Source of the DNA: Candidatus Woesearchaeota archaeon
GTDB taxonomy: Archaea > Nanobdellota > Nanobdellia > Woesearchaeales > UBA11576
Direction of reading: 5' to 3'
Length of the DNA stretch: 64,000 nt
Assembly (NCBI GenBank): GCA_016929255.1
Contig: JAFGJH010000029.1
Span: 375-64,374 of the forward strand
The notes beneath the pieces were generated by a model. It did no database searches, was not told the DNA's origin, and saw only the letters and a program-made list of their open reading frames with translations. Made by a program: the position numbers and the translations under genes. Of this stretch, positions 47,419 to 56,911 are shown piece after piece. Each line of letters starts with the position of its first letter. Positions within the stretch are counted from its first letter, which is position 1.

Positions 47419-47545
47419 AGCAGCGCCGCCGTGATTTCGCGAGGCTTGGCGGTTGATTACGCAAGAGCGTTACGGGGGTTGCCCCATCCGGGGAAGTAGT
47501 TCCCTTAGCGATGTTACCAGAAGCCGAGCCTCACGCGGCGCTGCT
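47419..47545. ncRNA. candidate structured non-coding RNA (about 125 nt, 14-bp terminal helix)
   Basis: 5' AGCAGCGCCGCCGUG pairs with 3' CACGCGGCGCUGCU (14 bp, one bulge). A second helix GAGGCU/AGCCUC is stacked on it, and internal hairpins are present (GGGAAGUAGUUCCC; CCCC-AUCC-GGGG). The 200-nt gap has no ORF. Strand and identity are undetermined. Confidence 0.35.
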
Positions 47546-47592
47546 CCATCATTTGAAAACATTTAAAAAAAGAAGGTGATTCCATCCCCTCC

Positions 47593-48111
47593 ATGATCGA
47601 GCTTGAGAAGACATACCTGGCAAAGTCAGTCCCAAAAGGCCTTGCTGAGTGCAGGTCAAAGGAGATAATAGACATATACATACCAAGATCACACCTGCAT
47701 CCCAAACTGAGGATACGAAAGAACGGCGACAGGTACGAGATGACAAAGAAAGAGCCTGTCGCTGACGACGCATCAGAGCAGGAAGAGCAGACCATCATCC
47801 TGACAGAAGAAGAGTTCAACGCACTCAACAAGCTTGACGGGAAGAAGACCCGCAAAATCCGCTATCACTACCCGCACGACGGCAGGATGGCAGAGATAGA
47901 TGTCTTTGAGGGAGCGCTCAAAGGTCTCATAGTCATTGATTTTGAGTTCGACACAGAAGAGGATAAGGAAACTTTCGCCATGCCTGAATTCTGCCTTGCT
48001 GAAGTCACGCAGGAGGAGTTCATAGCAGGCGGGATGGTCTGCGGCAGGAAGTACGAAGACCTTAAGAAAGACCTTAGAAGGTACAATTATAAGAAACTAT
48101 TTCTTGACTGA
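47593..48111 (+). CDS. CYTH-domain triphosphate tunnel metalloenzyme (CyaB/thiamine-triphosphatase-like)
   Basis: N-terminal MIELEKTY (the EIEhK CYTH signature) and paired acidic residues (EIDVFE, DFEFD); about 170 aa. Confidence 0.6.
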   Translation: MIELEKTYLAKSVPKGLAECRSKEIIDIYIPRSHLHPKLRIRKNGDRYEMTKKEPVADDASEQEEQTIILTEEEFNALNKLDGKKTRKIRYHYPHDGRMAEIDVFEGALKGLIVIDFEFDTEEDKETFAMPEFCLAEVTQEEFIAGGMVCGRKYEDLKKDLRRYNYKKLFLD

Positions 48112-48627
48112 AAGTCCATATATGCTGAATGATGCCCCTTTCACAGACAGCTGCCTTTCAGGATTCAGCGTCAGGGGCCTGAATATGTTGTCAGCGATGA
48201 TGAGCGTGCCCTTGAACTGATCGACGATGTTCTTCTCGAGCCTGTAGAAATAGTTGTCCGGGTTGATGAAGATGACATCATATGCTGACAGGTCCTCCTC
48301 AAGATAGTCAGCATTCTTCAGCAAGTAATCAAGGCAGAGCCTGCCCCTCATCTCAAGAGCGGCCTTATGGAGCCCGTCATCCGCCTCGATGCCTGCAGCG
48401 CGGGTGAAGAGCGAGGCGACTGCGACGACAATGCCGTCACCAGAACCAAGATCGGCAAAGCCCTTGTATCTCTCCAGGCCGAGCTGCCTGAAAAGCTCAA
48501 ACAAGTGCGCAGGGTTTGAAGAGGCCCAGTAGCCGACCTTTGTCGGTCGCTGGGCATTGTGCGACATTATCAGCCTTCTGCGCCGTCTCGAGTATTCCCT
48601 GTTTATCATATCAAACTTTTCCTGCAT
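48097..48627 (-). CDS. class I SAM-dependent methyltransferase
   Basis: FADLGSGDGIVVAVAS (motif I) and VIFINPD (motif IV-like). Confidence 0.6.
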   Translation of the reverse strand: MQEKFDMINREYSRRRRRLIMSHNAQRPTKVGYWASSNPAHLFELFRQLGLERYKGFADLGSGDGIVVAVASLFTRAAGIEADDGLHKAALEMRGRLCLDYLLKNADYLEEDLSAYDVIFINPDNYFYRLEKNIVDQFKGTLIIADNIFRPLTLNPERQLSVKGASFSIYGLSVKK

Positions 48628-48884
48628 GATAATCGCTGAGAGAAAAAGCCTTTTATTAATATTGCCATTTGCTTAAAAAACCGGGCGGGTGCTACTCTGC
48701 CATGTTGCTGGAGGCTGCAGCCACGCCGCTATTCTGTACTCGGTTGCTATTTGATCATCTCACTGTTGGTTGCTGCGCAAACACTGCTGCATCAATAGGA
48801 AGTGCAACCCATTCCGCTTCAATTACCTGACTGCACGCAAGAGGCGGTGGCTGCCGCCAAATAAAGACAGATATAAAGAAGAAC

Positions 48885-49742
48885 TCATTTGCTGGCAATA
48901 ATCTCCTTGACCGCGTGGACAAAACCCTCTGCCTCTTTCCTGTACCTGTCGTAATGGTCTCCGGAGACCCGGCTGACCTCGCCCGACATGATCATGCGGC
49001 CGACATTCATGAACTCGCCGACAACAGACAAGTGACGCTTCTGCATCACCCCCTTCACCACAAGGTGGTGCTTCATGAGAGGTATGATATGCTCAGGAGT
49101 GTCGGGGACAATTCCATAGTGCAGGAGCGCGGCATGCGCTGCATCGACAACGCCCCAGTAAAGGTCAAGCACCGCCTGCTTCATGTTCCAGTGGGCGTTC
49201 GATATAGACATAGGCCCCCTTCCGAGGTATATCCACACTATCTCCTTGCCGGGAAGTATCTTCCCTGAGCTCAGCATCCTCTTGGCCATCCCGAAACATC
49301 CTGTATCAAATAAGGCGGTGCCGTCACGCAGCATGTTAATCAGTATCGGGTCCCCTTTCACGGAGTAATCCCAGAACTTGGTGAGAGGCATGGTCGTTAT
49401 GTGGAGCCTTTTGGAAACCTTTGCAGCGGTCTTCTCTGTCACAACCCTATACGCAGTGATGACCTCAGGGGTGAGAACATTAATCATGTCGTCGAAGACT
49501 ATCATAACATCTATGTCGCTGCCGAAAAGAGCCTCGTCGCGGAGGTCCTTCTTGCCATGCACGAACCCTCCCCTGACAGCTGAGCCGAACCACACCACAG
49601 ACTTCACCAGAGTGCCCAGCTCTTTCCTCATCCCATCAGAGAATCTCCTGACTATGCCCTCTATCTCGCCTGGTTTCGCGACATATTCTGAATGTGCTGT
49701 CCTGATGTTCATTCCAAAGGCACCCCACTCCAAAATACCCAA
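48885..49742 (-). CDS. Pol-beta-superfamily nucleotidyltransferase fused to HEPN-like helical domain
   Basis: VVWFGSAVRGGFVHGKKDLRDEALFGSDIDVMIVF (GS...DxD NTase motif); C-terminal AVLDLYWGVVDAAHAALLHYGIVPDTPEHI (HEPN-like). Confidence 0.6.
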   Translation of the reverse strand: MGILEWGAFGMNIRTAHSEYVAKPGEIEGIVRRFSDGMRKELGTLVKSVVWFGSAVRGGFVHGKKDLRDEALFGSDIDVMIVFDDMINVLTPEVITAYRVVTEKTAAKVSKRLHITTMPLTKFWDYSVKGDPILINMLRDGTALFDTGCFGMAKRMLSSGKILPGKEIVWIYLGRGPMSISNAHWNMKQAVLDLYWGVVDAAHAALLHYGIVPDTPEHIIPLMKHHLVVKGVMQKRHLSVVGEFMNVGRMIMSGEVSRVSGDHYDRYRKEAEGFVHAVKEIIASK

Positions 49743-51766
49743 TCATCCGTGGGCCTGTACTCTCCGACGACGTACGGCGGCGGGTTCACGTGGCCGAAAT
49801 AGCTCTCCGCAACATCGCTCCAGCGCGCGCCACCGGGAGTCGCTGCAAAGTAGCTGTCAGCAATATCAGCGCCGAAAGCCCTCCAGGTCTGCAGCAGTAT
49901 CCTTCCCCTCCCGAACTGCTCCTCCTCATGGCCCTCTGACACCACAAATCCTGTGAAGCCGTGCGACTTCAGGTAATCGACAGCCTCGACAACCGGAAAT
50001 ATCCCCTGGCCGGGAGGCAGGTGGCCGTGGGCAGCGGTCGCCGAGTCGACAGCCTGCACGCTGCCGATGACACCCTCCTTCTGCATCTTCTCCACCATCT
50101 CCATGTACCAGCCCTTGAACCGCGCAAGACGCTGCTCCTCTGACTCCTGGGGATGCGCCTTCTTGAAATGCTGCAGCCACATGCCGAGATGTGACGTGTC
50201 AAAGCATCCCTTGAGATGCCTGTCAGCGAAACTATTAGCATCATCCTTTGAAAGGCCCCTCTCCTTTACGAGGCGTTCAGCCATCTCCTTCCTGGACTCC
50301 TTTATCAGCTCGATAAACTCATCAGGATGGCCGCCGTAACCGGTAGGCCATCCGATCTCAGGCCCAACATGGATGGGCCGCTCGACCCTCCTGTTGTTCC
50401 TGGTCTCGTCGAACGCAGCAAGCCCTGCCTCAGCATAAGACTCCACCGCCTTTTCCTTTGCATACTTCTTCAGGGACACAACCTCATCCATGGTCCTCCT
50501 CACCTCATCCGCCTGCGCGTCCGAGGCTGCAGATGCCTCATGCACGTGCTTGAGGCGGTGCTGTATCTGGTCAAGGTTCTGCCTGATTATCTCAGTGGGC
50601 TTCCTGTACTCGGGAGGTATGAACATGCCGTGCATGGCAGGGTCCTCGCGAAGCATCTTCCACTGCTCTTCGGGAGGTATGGCTTTCTCCACCTTCTCGT
50701 AATATTCCAGGGCTTTCTTCAGCGACTCCCTCCTCTTGATTTCCTCCTCATACTGGGTAGTATAGAAAAGCGAATGGCCCCTCGCCTGCATCCACTTGTT
50801 CTCAAGATTAAGCCTGAAAGCGTACTCGGCAGGGTCCAACGGCTCCATAGCCACACCCCTCTCCTTGGCCAGCGCATTGAAATCCTTTGTCCTCTCGACT
50901 ATCCTTTCCCAAGGCACCCTTTCTGACTTGAACTTCTTGTTAGTAGGATCCCACTCGGGGACGCGGTAGAGCAGCTCCTCATTGTTGAAAGGGTCTATCC
51001 ACTTACCGTCGACATCGACCCAATCGCCAGCCTTTATCAGGATCTTGTTGCCCTTCCTGTCCTCGCCCCACCTTTCCTTGTCAGACTTCTTGAACACCGG
51101 CTCGAATATGTCTGTCGAGTGCCTCATCTCCTGCATGACATGACCAGTCCTCTTGTCGACAAGATATTCTGTCGCGAACTTGTCCTCTGTCTCGTAGGCC
51201 TCGAACTGGCCAGCCCACTTGCCCTTCTGGTTCCAGGGCGCGTCGACGATGTTCCTCGTGAACTCCTGGGACCACACGTCAACCCCGCCGCCTCCGGAGA
51301 CATCCGCGAGGAACTTGATGGCATCCTTGACCTCCTGCAGGTCCTTATGCCTCTTCTCGTCGGAGATATTGAAACGCTGGGGATCAAAACCTGAAAGGTT
51401 AGTTATAGACGACGTGGGCATCTCAACACCCTCTATCATGACATTGTTGGCCCTTGAAAGCTCCCTCAAGCCCTCGCGCACCTCCTTGCCGTAGGCCTTA
51501 GGCCTGCCGCCTATCGCGTTATAGGATGGCTGGTTGAAGACCAGCTGTATCTTGCTGGTGCCCTGCCTTATCGCAGCGTCGACATTCTGTATTATGTTGC
51601 CGCCAGTCACAGGGTCCTTCTCAACGACGGTCACGCCAAGCTCATTGATGGGGATTATGGGCTTCTCCAGCCTAGGTGCCTCCCTCTGAGGCTGGCTGTA
51701 TTCCCTGTCCATCGGCGTGTAGCTCGGCCCTGTACTGAACTGCATAGTATCAACCCTTGACTCCAT
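49709..51766 (-). CDS. large hypothetical protein with C-terminal xylose-isomerase-like TIM-barrel domain
   Basis: C-terminal GHLPPGQGIFPVVEAVDYLKSHGFTGFVVSEGHEEE is typical of sugar-phosphate isomerase/AP-endonuclease-2 folds; the roughly 420-aa N-terminal part is unassigned. AAGGAG Shine-Dalgarno; overlaps both flanking genes. Confidence 0.55.
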   Translation of the reverse strand: MESRVDTMQFSTGPSYTPMDREYSQPQREAPRLEKPIIPINELGVTVVEKDPVTGGNIIQNVDAAIRQGTSKIQLVFNQPSYNAIGGRPKAYGKEVREGLRELSRANNVMIEGVEMPTSSITNLSGFDPQRFNISDEKRHKDLQEVKDAIKFLADVSGGGGVDVWSQEFTRNIVDAPWNQKGKWAGQFEAYETEDKFATEYLVDKRTGHVMQEMRHSTDIFEPVFKKSDKERWGEDRKGNKILIKAGDWVDVDGKWIDPFNNEELLYRVPEWDPTNKKFKSERVPWERIVERTKDFNALAKERGVAMEPLDPAEYAFRLNLENKWMQARGHSLFYTTQYEEEIKRRESLKKALEYYEKVEKAIPPEEQWKMLREDPAMHGMFIPPEYRKPTEIIRQNLDQIQHRLKHVHEASAASDAQADEVRRTMDEVVSLKKYAKEKAVESYAEAGLAAFDETRNNRRVERPIHVGPEIGWPTGYGGHPDEFIELIKESRKEMAERLVKERGLSKDDANSFADRHLKGCFDTSHLGMWLQHFKKAHPQESEEQRLARFKGWYMEMVEKMQKEGVIGSVQAVDSATAAHGHLPPGQGIFPVVEAVDYLKSHGFTGFVVSEGHEEEQFGRGRILLQTWRAFGADIADSYFAATPGGARWSDVAESYFGHVNPPPYVVGEYRPTDDWVFWSGVPLE

Positions 51767-52577
51767 CCTTGACGTGCTCCTTCACGAACTCGTCGATCTC
51801 CTTGATGAAAAAATCAGCATCGGCAAGATAAGAATCGAAATCCCTGCCCGAAACCTCAAACACCTCCCTGTGCATCACCTTCTTTGCAGCATCATAAACC
51901 CTGTCTATTATCTCGCCGCACCTCCTGTGCACAAGGTTGCGCGCGACCAGCTCCCTCTTGACTGTCTCTGCAAGATGGCTCGGAGAGGGTGGGACAATGC
52001 CTGCGACCATGACCGCTGCGTGTGCCGCATCAGTGACCGCCCAATAAAGATCCACAACCGCCCTCGCGACATGGTGGTTGGCATCCTTGACAGAATGCTC
52101 TGCCTTGACGAAGTAAACGTTCACGCTCTCCTTGGAAGGCCGTATCTTGCCTGTCACCAGCAGGTCCTGGATAGGGAGGAAAAACCCGTTGTCGTGCACG
52201 GCAAGCGACTCCCTCAGCAGATGCATGGTGCCCTCGTCACGGGCATTGAATCCTGCCCAGAACTCAGACGCGAGCAGGGTCCCGCACTTGAGCGGCAATG
52301 TGCTGGTGTATGCCATCTCTGAGATGTCCAGCTTCAGGCCCTCGACCTGCTGGTCAAAGACAACATTGTTGAGGTCATCTATCAGGAAAATAAGCTCTAC
52401 AGACTCTGACGCTGAAGAAGGTCTCTTGATGACTGATGATGATATGAGCGCCTTATACCTGGAACGCACCTTTTCCGAGAATGACTCTATATCCCTGTAC
52501 CTATGGTCAGCAATCTTCCCGCTGTTTTGCAACTGCCTGGGTTTCAGCGTCTCTTCCATAATGATACACCAATGCAC
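51750..52577 (-). CDS. paralog of the 48885-49742 gene with degenerate nucleotidyltransferase motif and HEPN-like domain
   Basis: VVDLYWAVTDAAHAAVMVAGIVPPSPSHL parallels VLDLYWGVVDAAHAALLHYGIVPDTPEHI. The N-terminal region ELIFLIDDLN replaces the GS...DID motif. Confidence 0.5.
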   Translation of the reverse strand: MHWCIIMEETLKPRQLQNSGKIADHRYRDIESFSEKVRSRYKALISSSVIKRPSSASESVELIFLIDDLNNVVFDQQVEGLKLDISEMAYTSTLPLKCGTLLASEFWAGFNARDEGTMHLLRESLAVHDNGFFLPIQDLLVTGKIRPSKESVNVYFVKAEHSVKDANHHVARAVVDLYWAVTDAAHAAVMVAGIVPPSPSHLAETVKRELVARNLVHRRCGEIIDRVYDAAKKVMHREVFEVSGRDFDSYLADADFFIKEIDEFVKEHVKDGVKG

Positions 52578-52650
52578 AAATAATCTTCAAACATGATTTA
52601 AAATTTATTTACCATTCAAGGATGGTGCGGGAAATGATGCCATCAGGATC

Positions 52651-53259
52651 TCATCCTCCGCCTGGCCCGAACCAGTTCATCTTGTAGCCCATGGACCTCA
52701 ACAGCCTCATGGACTGGACAACATCCTCGACGAGCTCCTCCGAAGGCGTCGAGTAGAGCTCCCGGTCGGGCGGCTTCTGCATGCTCTGACGGAGCACATC
52801 ATATGCCTCTCTCGCGTGCTCATACACCTGGAGGAACTCATCCCTTGTCGGCGGGACATTGTCCTGCGAATACCACTGCTGGATCTCCTGGAGGGTGTTC
52901 TGCGGCAGGAGCTCCTGTATCCTCCTCGCGTAGTCTGCTCCTCCTCCGCTCCCAGCCAAGGCCTTGTCTGCAGCAACTTCCTCTTCTATGCCCTTTGACT
53001 TCCCGAACAGCCTGTTTATATCGATCTCTTCCTGCTTCGGGACCTCGATCTCCTGAAGCATCTCGTCGAGCTTGATCTCCTTCAGCGACTCCTCGACTAT
53101 GCGCCTGGCCTCATCCTCCTGCTTCTTCCTCCTTGTCTCAAGCTCCTTGAGCCTCATCAGGCGCTCCTTGGGCGGAAGCTTCCTTATCTCCTCAAGCTCT
53201 TTCTCATCAGCCATCTTGGTCAATTCCGTGCGAGGACAAGCACCGGCTCGGCCCGCCAA
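52651..53259 (-). CDS. hypothetical coiled-coil protein
   Basis: TTG start 4 nt after the upstream stop, with GGTGAGG just before it; charged helical sequence with a C-terminal Gly-rich end. Confidence 0.45.
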   Translation of the reverse strand: MAGRAGACPRTELTKMADEKELEEIRKLPPKERLMRLKELETRRKKQEDEARRIVEESLKEIKLDEMLQEIEVPKQEEIDINRLFGKSKGIEEEVAADKALAGSGGGADYARRIQELLPQNTLQEIQQWYSQDNVPPTRDEFLQVYEHAREAYDVLRQSMQKPPDRELYSTPSEELVEDVVQSMRLLRSMGYKMNWFGPGGG

Positions 53260-53265
53260 CAGACC

Positions 53266-54738
53266 TCACCAGGTAATCATCCTGTGAGCCTTCTTGAAGT
53301 TCTTGTAAGTGTTCCATATAGCAGCCTTCATCGGTCCGGCAGCCTTTTTCCTTTCGCCGCCGAGCTCCCATGCTGTCGGCTTCCCCTTATCCTTCCTCTT
53401 GACCGTGGGCAACAGCGCGCCGAACACCTCCTTGAAGCCTCCGAACAATGCAGTGAACGGCTCCACCGCGCCTTTCATCTGCTCAAGCCGCTTCTTCTCG
53501 GCGGCCTTCTGCTCATCTTCCTTCTTGGCTTCCTCAGGGAACTTCTCTCCAGCCTCCTTCAGGTAGTTGCGCAGGTCATCCCCGAGTGCCTCGATAGACT
53601 CTTTCAGCGAAGTGTCGACATCACCGAGCAGGTCAAGGGTCTCCTGTTCCCGCATCCTGAAATAATTGGCCATCTCATCATCAGTCCAGACATAGCCGCG
53701 CATCGTGAACTCACTCCTTCCGACATGCACCGGCCCCTTGTGCTGGTAGCCATCCTGGTGGAAATCCATATGGGGCTGGGTCCTGAACAGTATGTCCAGC
53801 ACGACGACCGAATGACAGTGCTTCGACGACTTCCTGCTGCAGACCACCTCTATCTCGGTGACGCTGCCCTCGAAAGCGCCGATGATGTCCTCGCTCATCG
53901 TGCGGGTGAAGTTCTGCTCCAGCCTCCTCACGTTCCTGAGGTAAGGCTTCACCCAGTTGATGTACATCTGTATCGCGTTGTAGTGCTGGCGCAGGAACTT
54001 GAGAGTGAACTTCCTCCTGTTGCTTATCTCGCTGTAAGTGAAATCCTTCCAGACAAGATATGCCTTCAGCTTCTTCCTGAGCACATCCTTGACCTTCACA
54101 TTGAACTTCAGGCTGTCGACGTAGCTGTCCACCTCCTCTTTCCTCATCGGCGGGGCCGCGAAGAAAAGGTCCGGAAGGGCGGTGTAGCCGAGCGTGCTCG
54201 CAAGCCCGTAGACAGAACCAGGAGACTTCACGCCGCCGTCCTTCAGGTCGACCCAGTAGCTCCTCAGCACTATCTCTGCCGACTGGCTCATCCTCCTGTC
54301 GAAGACACTGGACCTGGACGCCACAGCCTTGTTGCTCTCGTCATAGAGGGCAAGCCTCTCGTCAAGTATCCTCATCTCGCGGACTATCTGGAACAGCTCC
54401 TTGGTCAGCTTGCCAATCGTCGCCAGATAGTTCGAGACCTGGCCCTGCTGGATGGTCAGCCGCTGCTGAGCCTGGCCCCAGAACGCAGACTGCTCAGAGG
54501 CGGTGAATATGTCGGTGATCTTCTTCACGTCGTGCAGGCCGAAATCCTCCCTCAGGCTTGCGAGGAGCCAGAAATAGACCTCCTCTATCGACTGGTTGAA
54601 GGACTGGTAGACAAGCCTCATCTTATGGACAGGCCTGGGAAAGTTCTTTACCGGGACAAGCTCTTCAGGCAGGTTCGAGCCTCTAGCTCTCTCATCCCAA
54701 TCATAGTCCTTGAAACCAAAATCCTTGCATTCAACCAT
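53266..54738 (-). CDS. hypothetical protein (490 aa), first gene of a 5-gene minus-strand operon
   Basis: Long ORF, protein-like composition, no family recognised; K/E-rich C-terminus. Confidence 0.5.
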   Translation of the reverse strand: MVECKDFGFKDYDWDERARGSNLPEELVPVKNFPRPVHKMRLVYQSFNQSIEEVYFWLLASLREDFGLHDVKKITDIFTASEQSAFWGQAQQRLTIQQGQVSNYLATIGKLTKELFQIVREMRILDERLALYDESNKAVASRSSVFDRRMSQSAEIVLRSYWVDLKDGGVKSPGSVYGLASTLGYTALPDLFFAAPPMRKEEVDSYVDSLKFNVKVKDVLRKKLKAYLVWKDFTYSEISNRRKFTLKFLRQHYNAIQMYINWVKPYLRNVRRLEQNFTRTMSEDIIGAFEGSVTEIEVVCSRKSSKHCHSVVVLDILFRTQPHMDFHQDGYQHKGPVHVGRSEFTMRGYVWTDDEMANYFRMREQETLDLLGDVDTSLKESIEALGDDLRNYLKEAGEKFPEEAKKEDEQKAAEKKRLEQMKGAVEPFTALFGGFKEVFGALLPTVKRKDKGKPTAWELGGERKKAAGPMKAAIWNTYKNFKKAHRMITW

Positions 54739-54864
54739 CCTGTTGTCATGCCTCTTTTTTGCTTTGCCTTACCAACCAGCTGAACAATCATTGTTGAGCT
54801 GTGTTTATAAACATTATGGTGGTCTTACTGACGACAGCGTGACATTGCTGCGCATGGCCCGCAC

Positions 54865-55188
54865 TCACCTCTTGTAGAGCACGGCGACGAAACCCACCTG
54901 GTCGACAAGCTCTGACCGGGTCATCTCAGCAAGATCCCTCGCAGCCTCTTTCCTGTCGTTCGTATCGACAAAAGCCCTCAAAAACTTCACCTTGACCAGA
55001 TTCCTCTTCACCAGGAGCTTCCTCACCTGGAGCACCGCAGATTCGGTCAGGCCATTCTTGCCTATCCTAACCAGCGGCTCCAAAAGCCGCGCCTTGCTCC
55101 TCAATGCCTTGATGGTCTCAGGGGCCATCTTAGTCCTCTTGGCCATCCTGGCCATCCCGTCCATATCAGTCTTCAGCTCCATCAACAT
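54865..55188 (-). CDS. CRS1/YhbY (CRM-domain) RNA-binding protein
   Basis: ETIKALRSKARLLEPLVRIGKNGLTESAVLQVRKLLVKRNLVKVKF matches the YhbY/CRM signature (L...A..L.P.v.iGK.GlT..v........ELVKVK). Confidence 0.7.
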   Translation of the reverse strand: MLMELKTDMDGMARMAKRTKMAPETIKALRSKARLLEPLVRIGKNGLTESAVLQVRKLLVKRNLVKVKFLRAFVDTNDRKEAARDLAEMTRSELVDQVGFVAVLYKR

Positions 55189-55192
55189 CCAC

Positions 55193-56911
55193 CTATGATC
55201 CTATGTGCGTAGGGTGATCCTGGCCCACACCCTTCCTCTCAATGAGGTCATTGATGTGCCTGTATTTCAGCATCAGCATCCTGAGCTGGTTGGACTCAAA
55301 ATCAGGCAGCAGGCTGGCGACCATGTCGCCTCCGAGGAAATGCGGAAGAATCACATAATCAGCGCCCTTCCTGTAAAGCTCAAGAGCCTGGTCTATCTTG
55401 TGCGCAGTCACTATCGTCGGGACGTACTTGTTCGCAGCCTTCACCTTCTGCAGCAGCAGGAGATTGTCATCATACGAGTTTGCGGTCGATATCACGAGCT
55501 TTGTGTTCCTCATCTCGAGCCGGCCCATGACCTCAGGGTCGCAGATGTCACCATACAGGCAGGCCACGCCCACCTTCTTCAGCTTCTTGACGACATCAGG
55601 GTTGAAGTCGACAACAACCACGCTCTTTTCCTGTGCTTTCAGCGACTTCAGTATGCTGTACCCTATACGGTCATAGCCGCAGAGCACCACATCGTAGAGC
55701 ATCTTCTCACCGCTCTGCTTACGGTGGTGGGCAGCCTTGATGCCAATCCTCTTCAAAAGGTTCACAAACTGATGGTAGAAGCTGTTCTCATAGTCCATGA
55801 AATAAGACGTGAAAGTCATGGTAATTACAGCCAGCAGTATGGTCAGCGTCAGGATGCCCTGAGAGAGCACGCCAGCATTCACCCCCTGCAGCACTATTAT
55901 CAAGGAGAACTCGGATATCTGCGCAAGCGATGTCGCGGTGATGAAGGACGTCCTCGCCTGATTGCGCAGGAGCACCAAGGTGACATGCAGTATCGCTGTC
56001 TTGCCGACCACGACGAGCAGCAGGAGCACAAGCAGAGGCAGCATCAGGGATAATATCCCTTCCAGGGTCAGCTGCAGCCCCAGCGAGGTGAAGAACATGA
56101 TGGAAAAGAAGTCCCTCAACGGCTTCACCTTGCCGACTATCTCGATGTTGTAAGGCAGGTTCGCGAGAAGCACTCCTGCGAAGAACGCACCTATTGTTAT
56201 CGAAAGTCCTATTGCGCTGAATATCAGCGAGAACAGGAAGCAGACCCCCAATGATATGGTCAGCAGAAGCTCCCTGGACCTGGCGGCGAACTCGAAGACT
56301 GAAGGGAATATGAACTTGCTGGCAAGAATGCCGAAAATCAGCACCAAAGCAATCTTGGCGAAGAAAAGATAGCCTATCGCAGCGCTCGACACAGACGCGA
56401 GGTATGACAATGCAATGACCGCAAATATGTCCTGCACGACGAGTATTCCTATCGTCATCCTGCCGTGCAGGGTGTTCGTCTCAAGATTGTCAGACAGTAT
56501 CTTTATCACTATCATCGTGCTGCTGAACGCGATGACCAGCCCGAGATATACCGCCTCGACATTGGTGAAGCCGAGCAGCTTGGTTACCACATACCCCATC
56601 GCAAAGACAAATGCCATCTGCACACTGCCCGCCACAGAAGACACCAGCCCCAGGTCCTTGAGCTTCTTCAGCTCGAGCTCGAGGCCTACCATGAACAGGA
56701 GGAACGCTATGCCTATCTCGCTGAGGTTGGCTATCAGCTCATGGTTCGTGATGATGCCCAGGACATTGCCTATCACCACGCCTGAGATTATGTATGCTGG
56801 TATGAGCGGCTGCTTCGTCAGCTTCGCTATGTAAGTGCCGAGGCCGGCAAAGATCACGAGCATGCCTATCTCAAAGAATATGTCCATGTCATCCCACCTT
56901 TCGCCCGGCAA
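55193..56911 (-). CDS. Kef-type monovalent cation:proton antiporter (CPA2) with C-terminal RCK/TrkA-N domain
   Basis: 11-12 TM helices, then VVLCGYDRIGYSILKSLKAQEKSVVVVDFNPDVV (Rossmann GxGxxG-like RCK). The ATG 24 nt downstream of the annotated TTG (MDIFFEIG) has an AGGTGGG Shine-Dalgarno and may be the real start. Confidence 0.75.
   Translation of the reverse strand: MPGERWDDMDIFFEIGMLVIFAGLGTYIAKLTKQPLIPAYIISGVVIGNVLGIITNHELIANLSEIGIAFLLFMVGLELELKKLKDLGLVSSVAGSVQMAFVFAMGYVVTKLLGFTNVEAVYLGLVIAFSSTMIVIKILSDNLETNTLHGRMTIGILVVQDIFAVIALSYLASVSSAAIGYLFFAKIALVLIFGILASKFIFPSVFEFAARSRELLLTISLGVCFLFSLIFSAIGLSITIGAFFAGVLLANLPYNIEIVGKVKPLRDFFSIMFFTSLGLQLTLEGILSLMLPLLVLLLLVVVGKTAILHVTLVLLRNQARTSFITATSLAQISEFSLIIVLQGVNAGVLSQGILTLTILLAVITMTFTSYFMDYENSFYHQFVNLLKRIGIKAAHHRKQSGEKMLYDVVLCGYDRIGYSILKSLKAQEKSVVVVDFNPDVVKKLKKVGVACLYGDICDPEVMGRLEMRNTKLVISTANSYDDNLLLLQKVKAANKYVPTIVTAHKIDQALELYRKGADYVILPHFLGGDMVASLLPDFESNQLRMLMLKYRHINDLIERKGVGQDHPTHIGS

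Noticed and set aside
48097-48111. 15-nt overlap between the CYTH gene end and the convergent methyltransferase gene end
   Set aside because: A convergent 3' overlap of this size is common and not evidence of mis-annotation; no action taken.
55205-56834. Plus-strand ORFs (282 aa, 139 aa, 106 aa) inside the Kef antiporter gene
   Set aside because: They are antisense to a gene with clear multi-TM and RCK-domain support, with GTG/TTG pseudo-starts and His/Gln/Arg-rich low-complexity translations.
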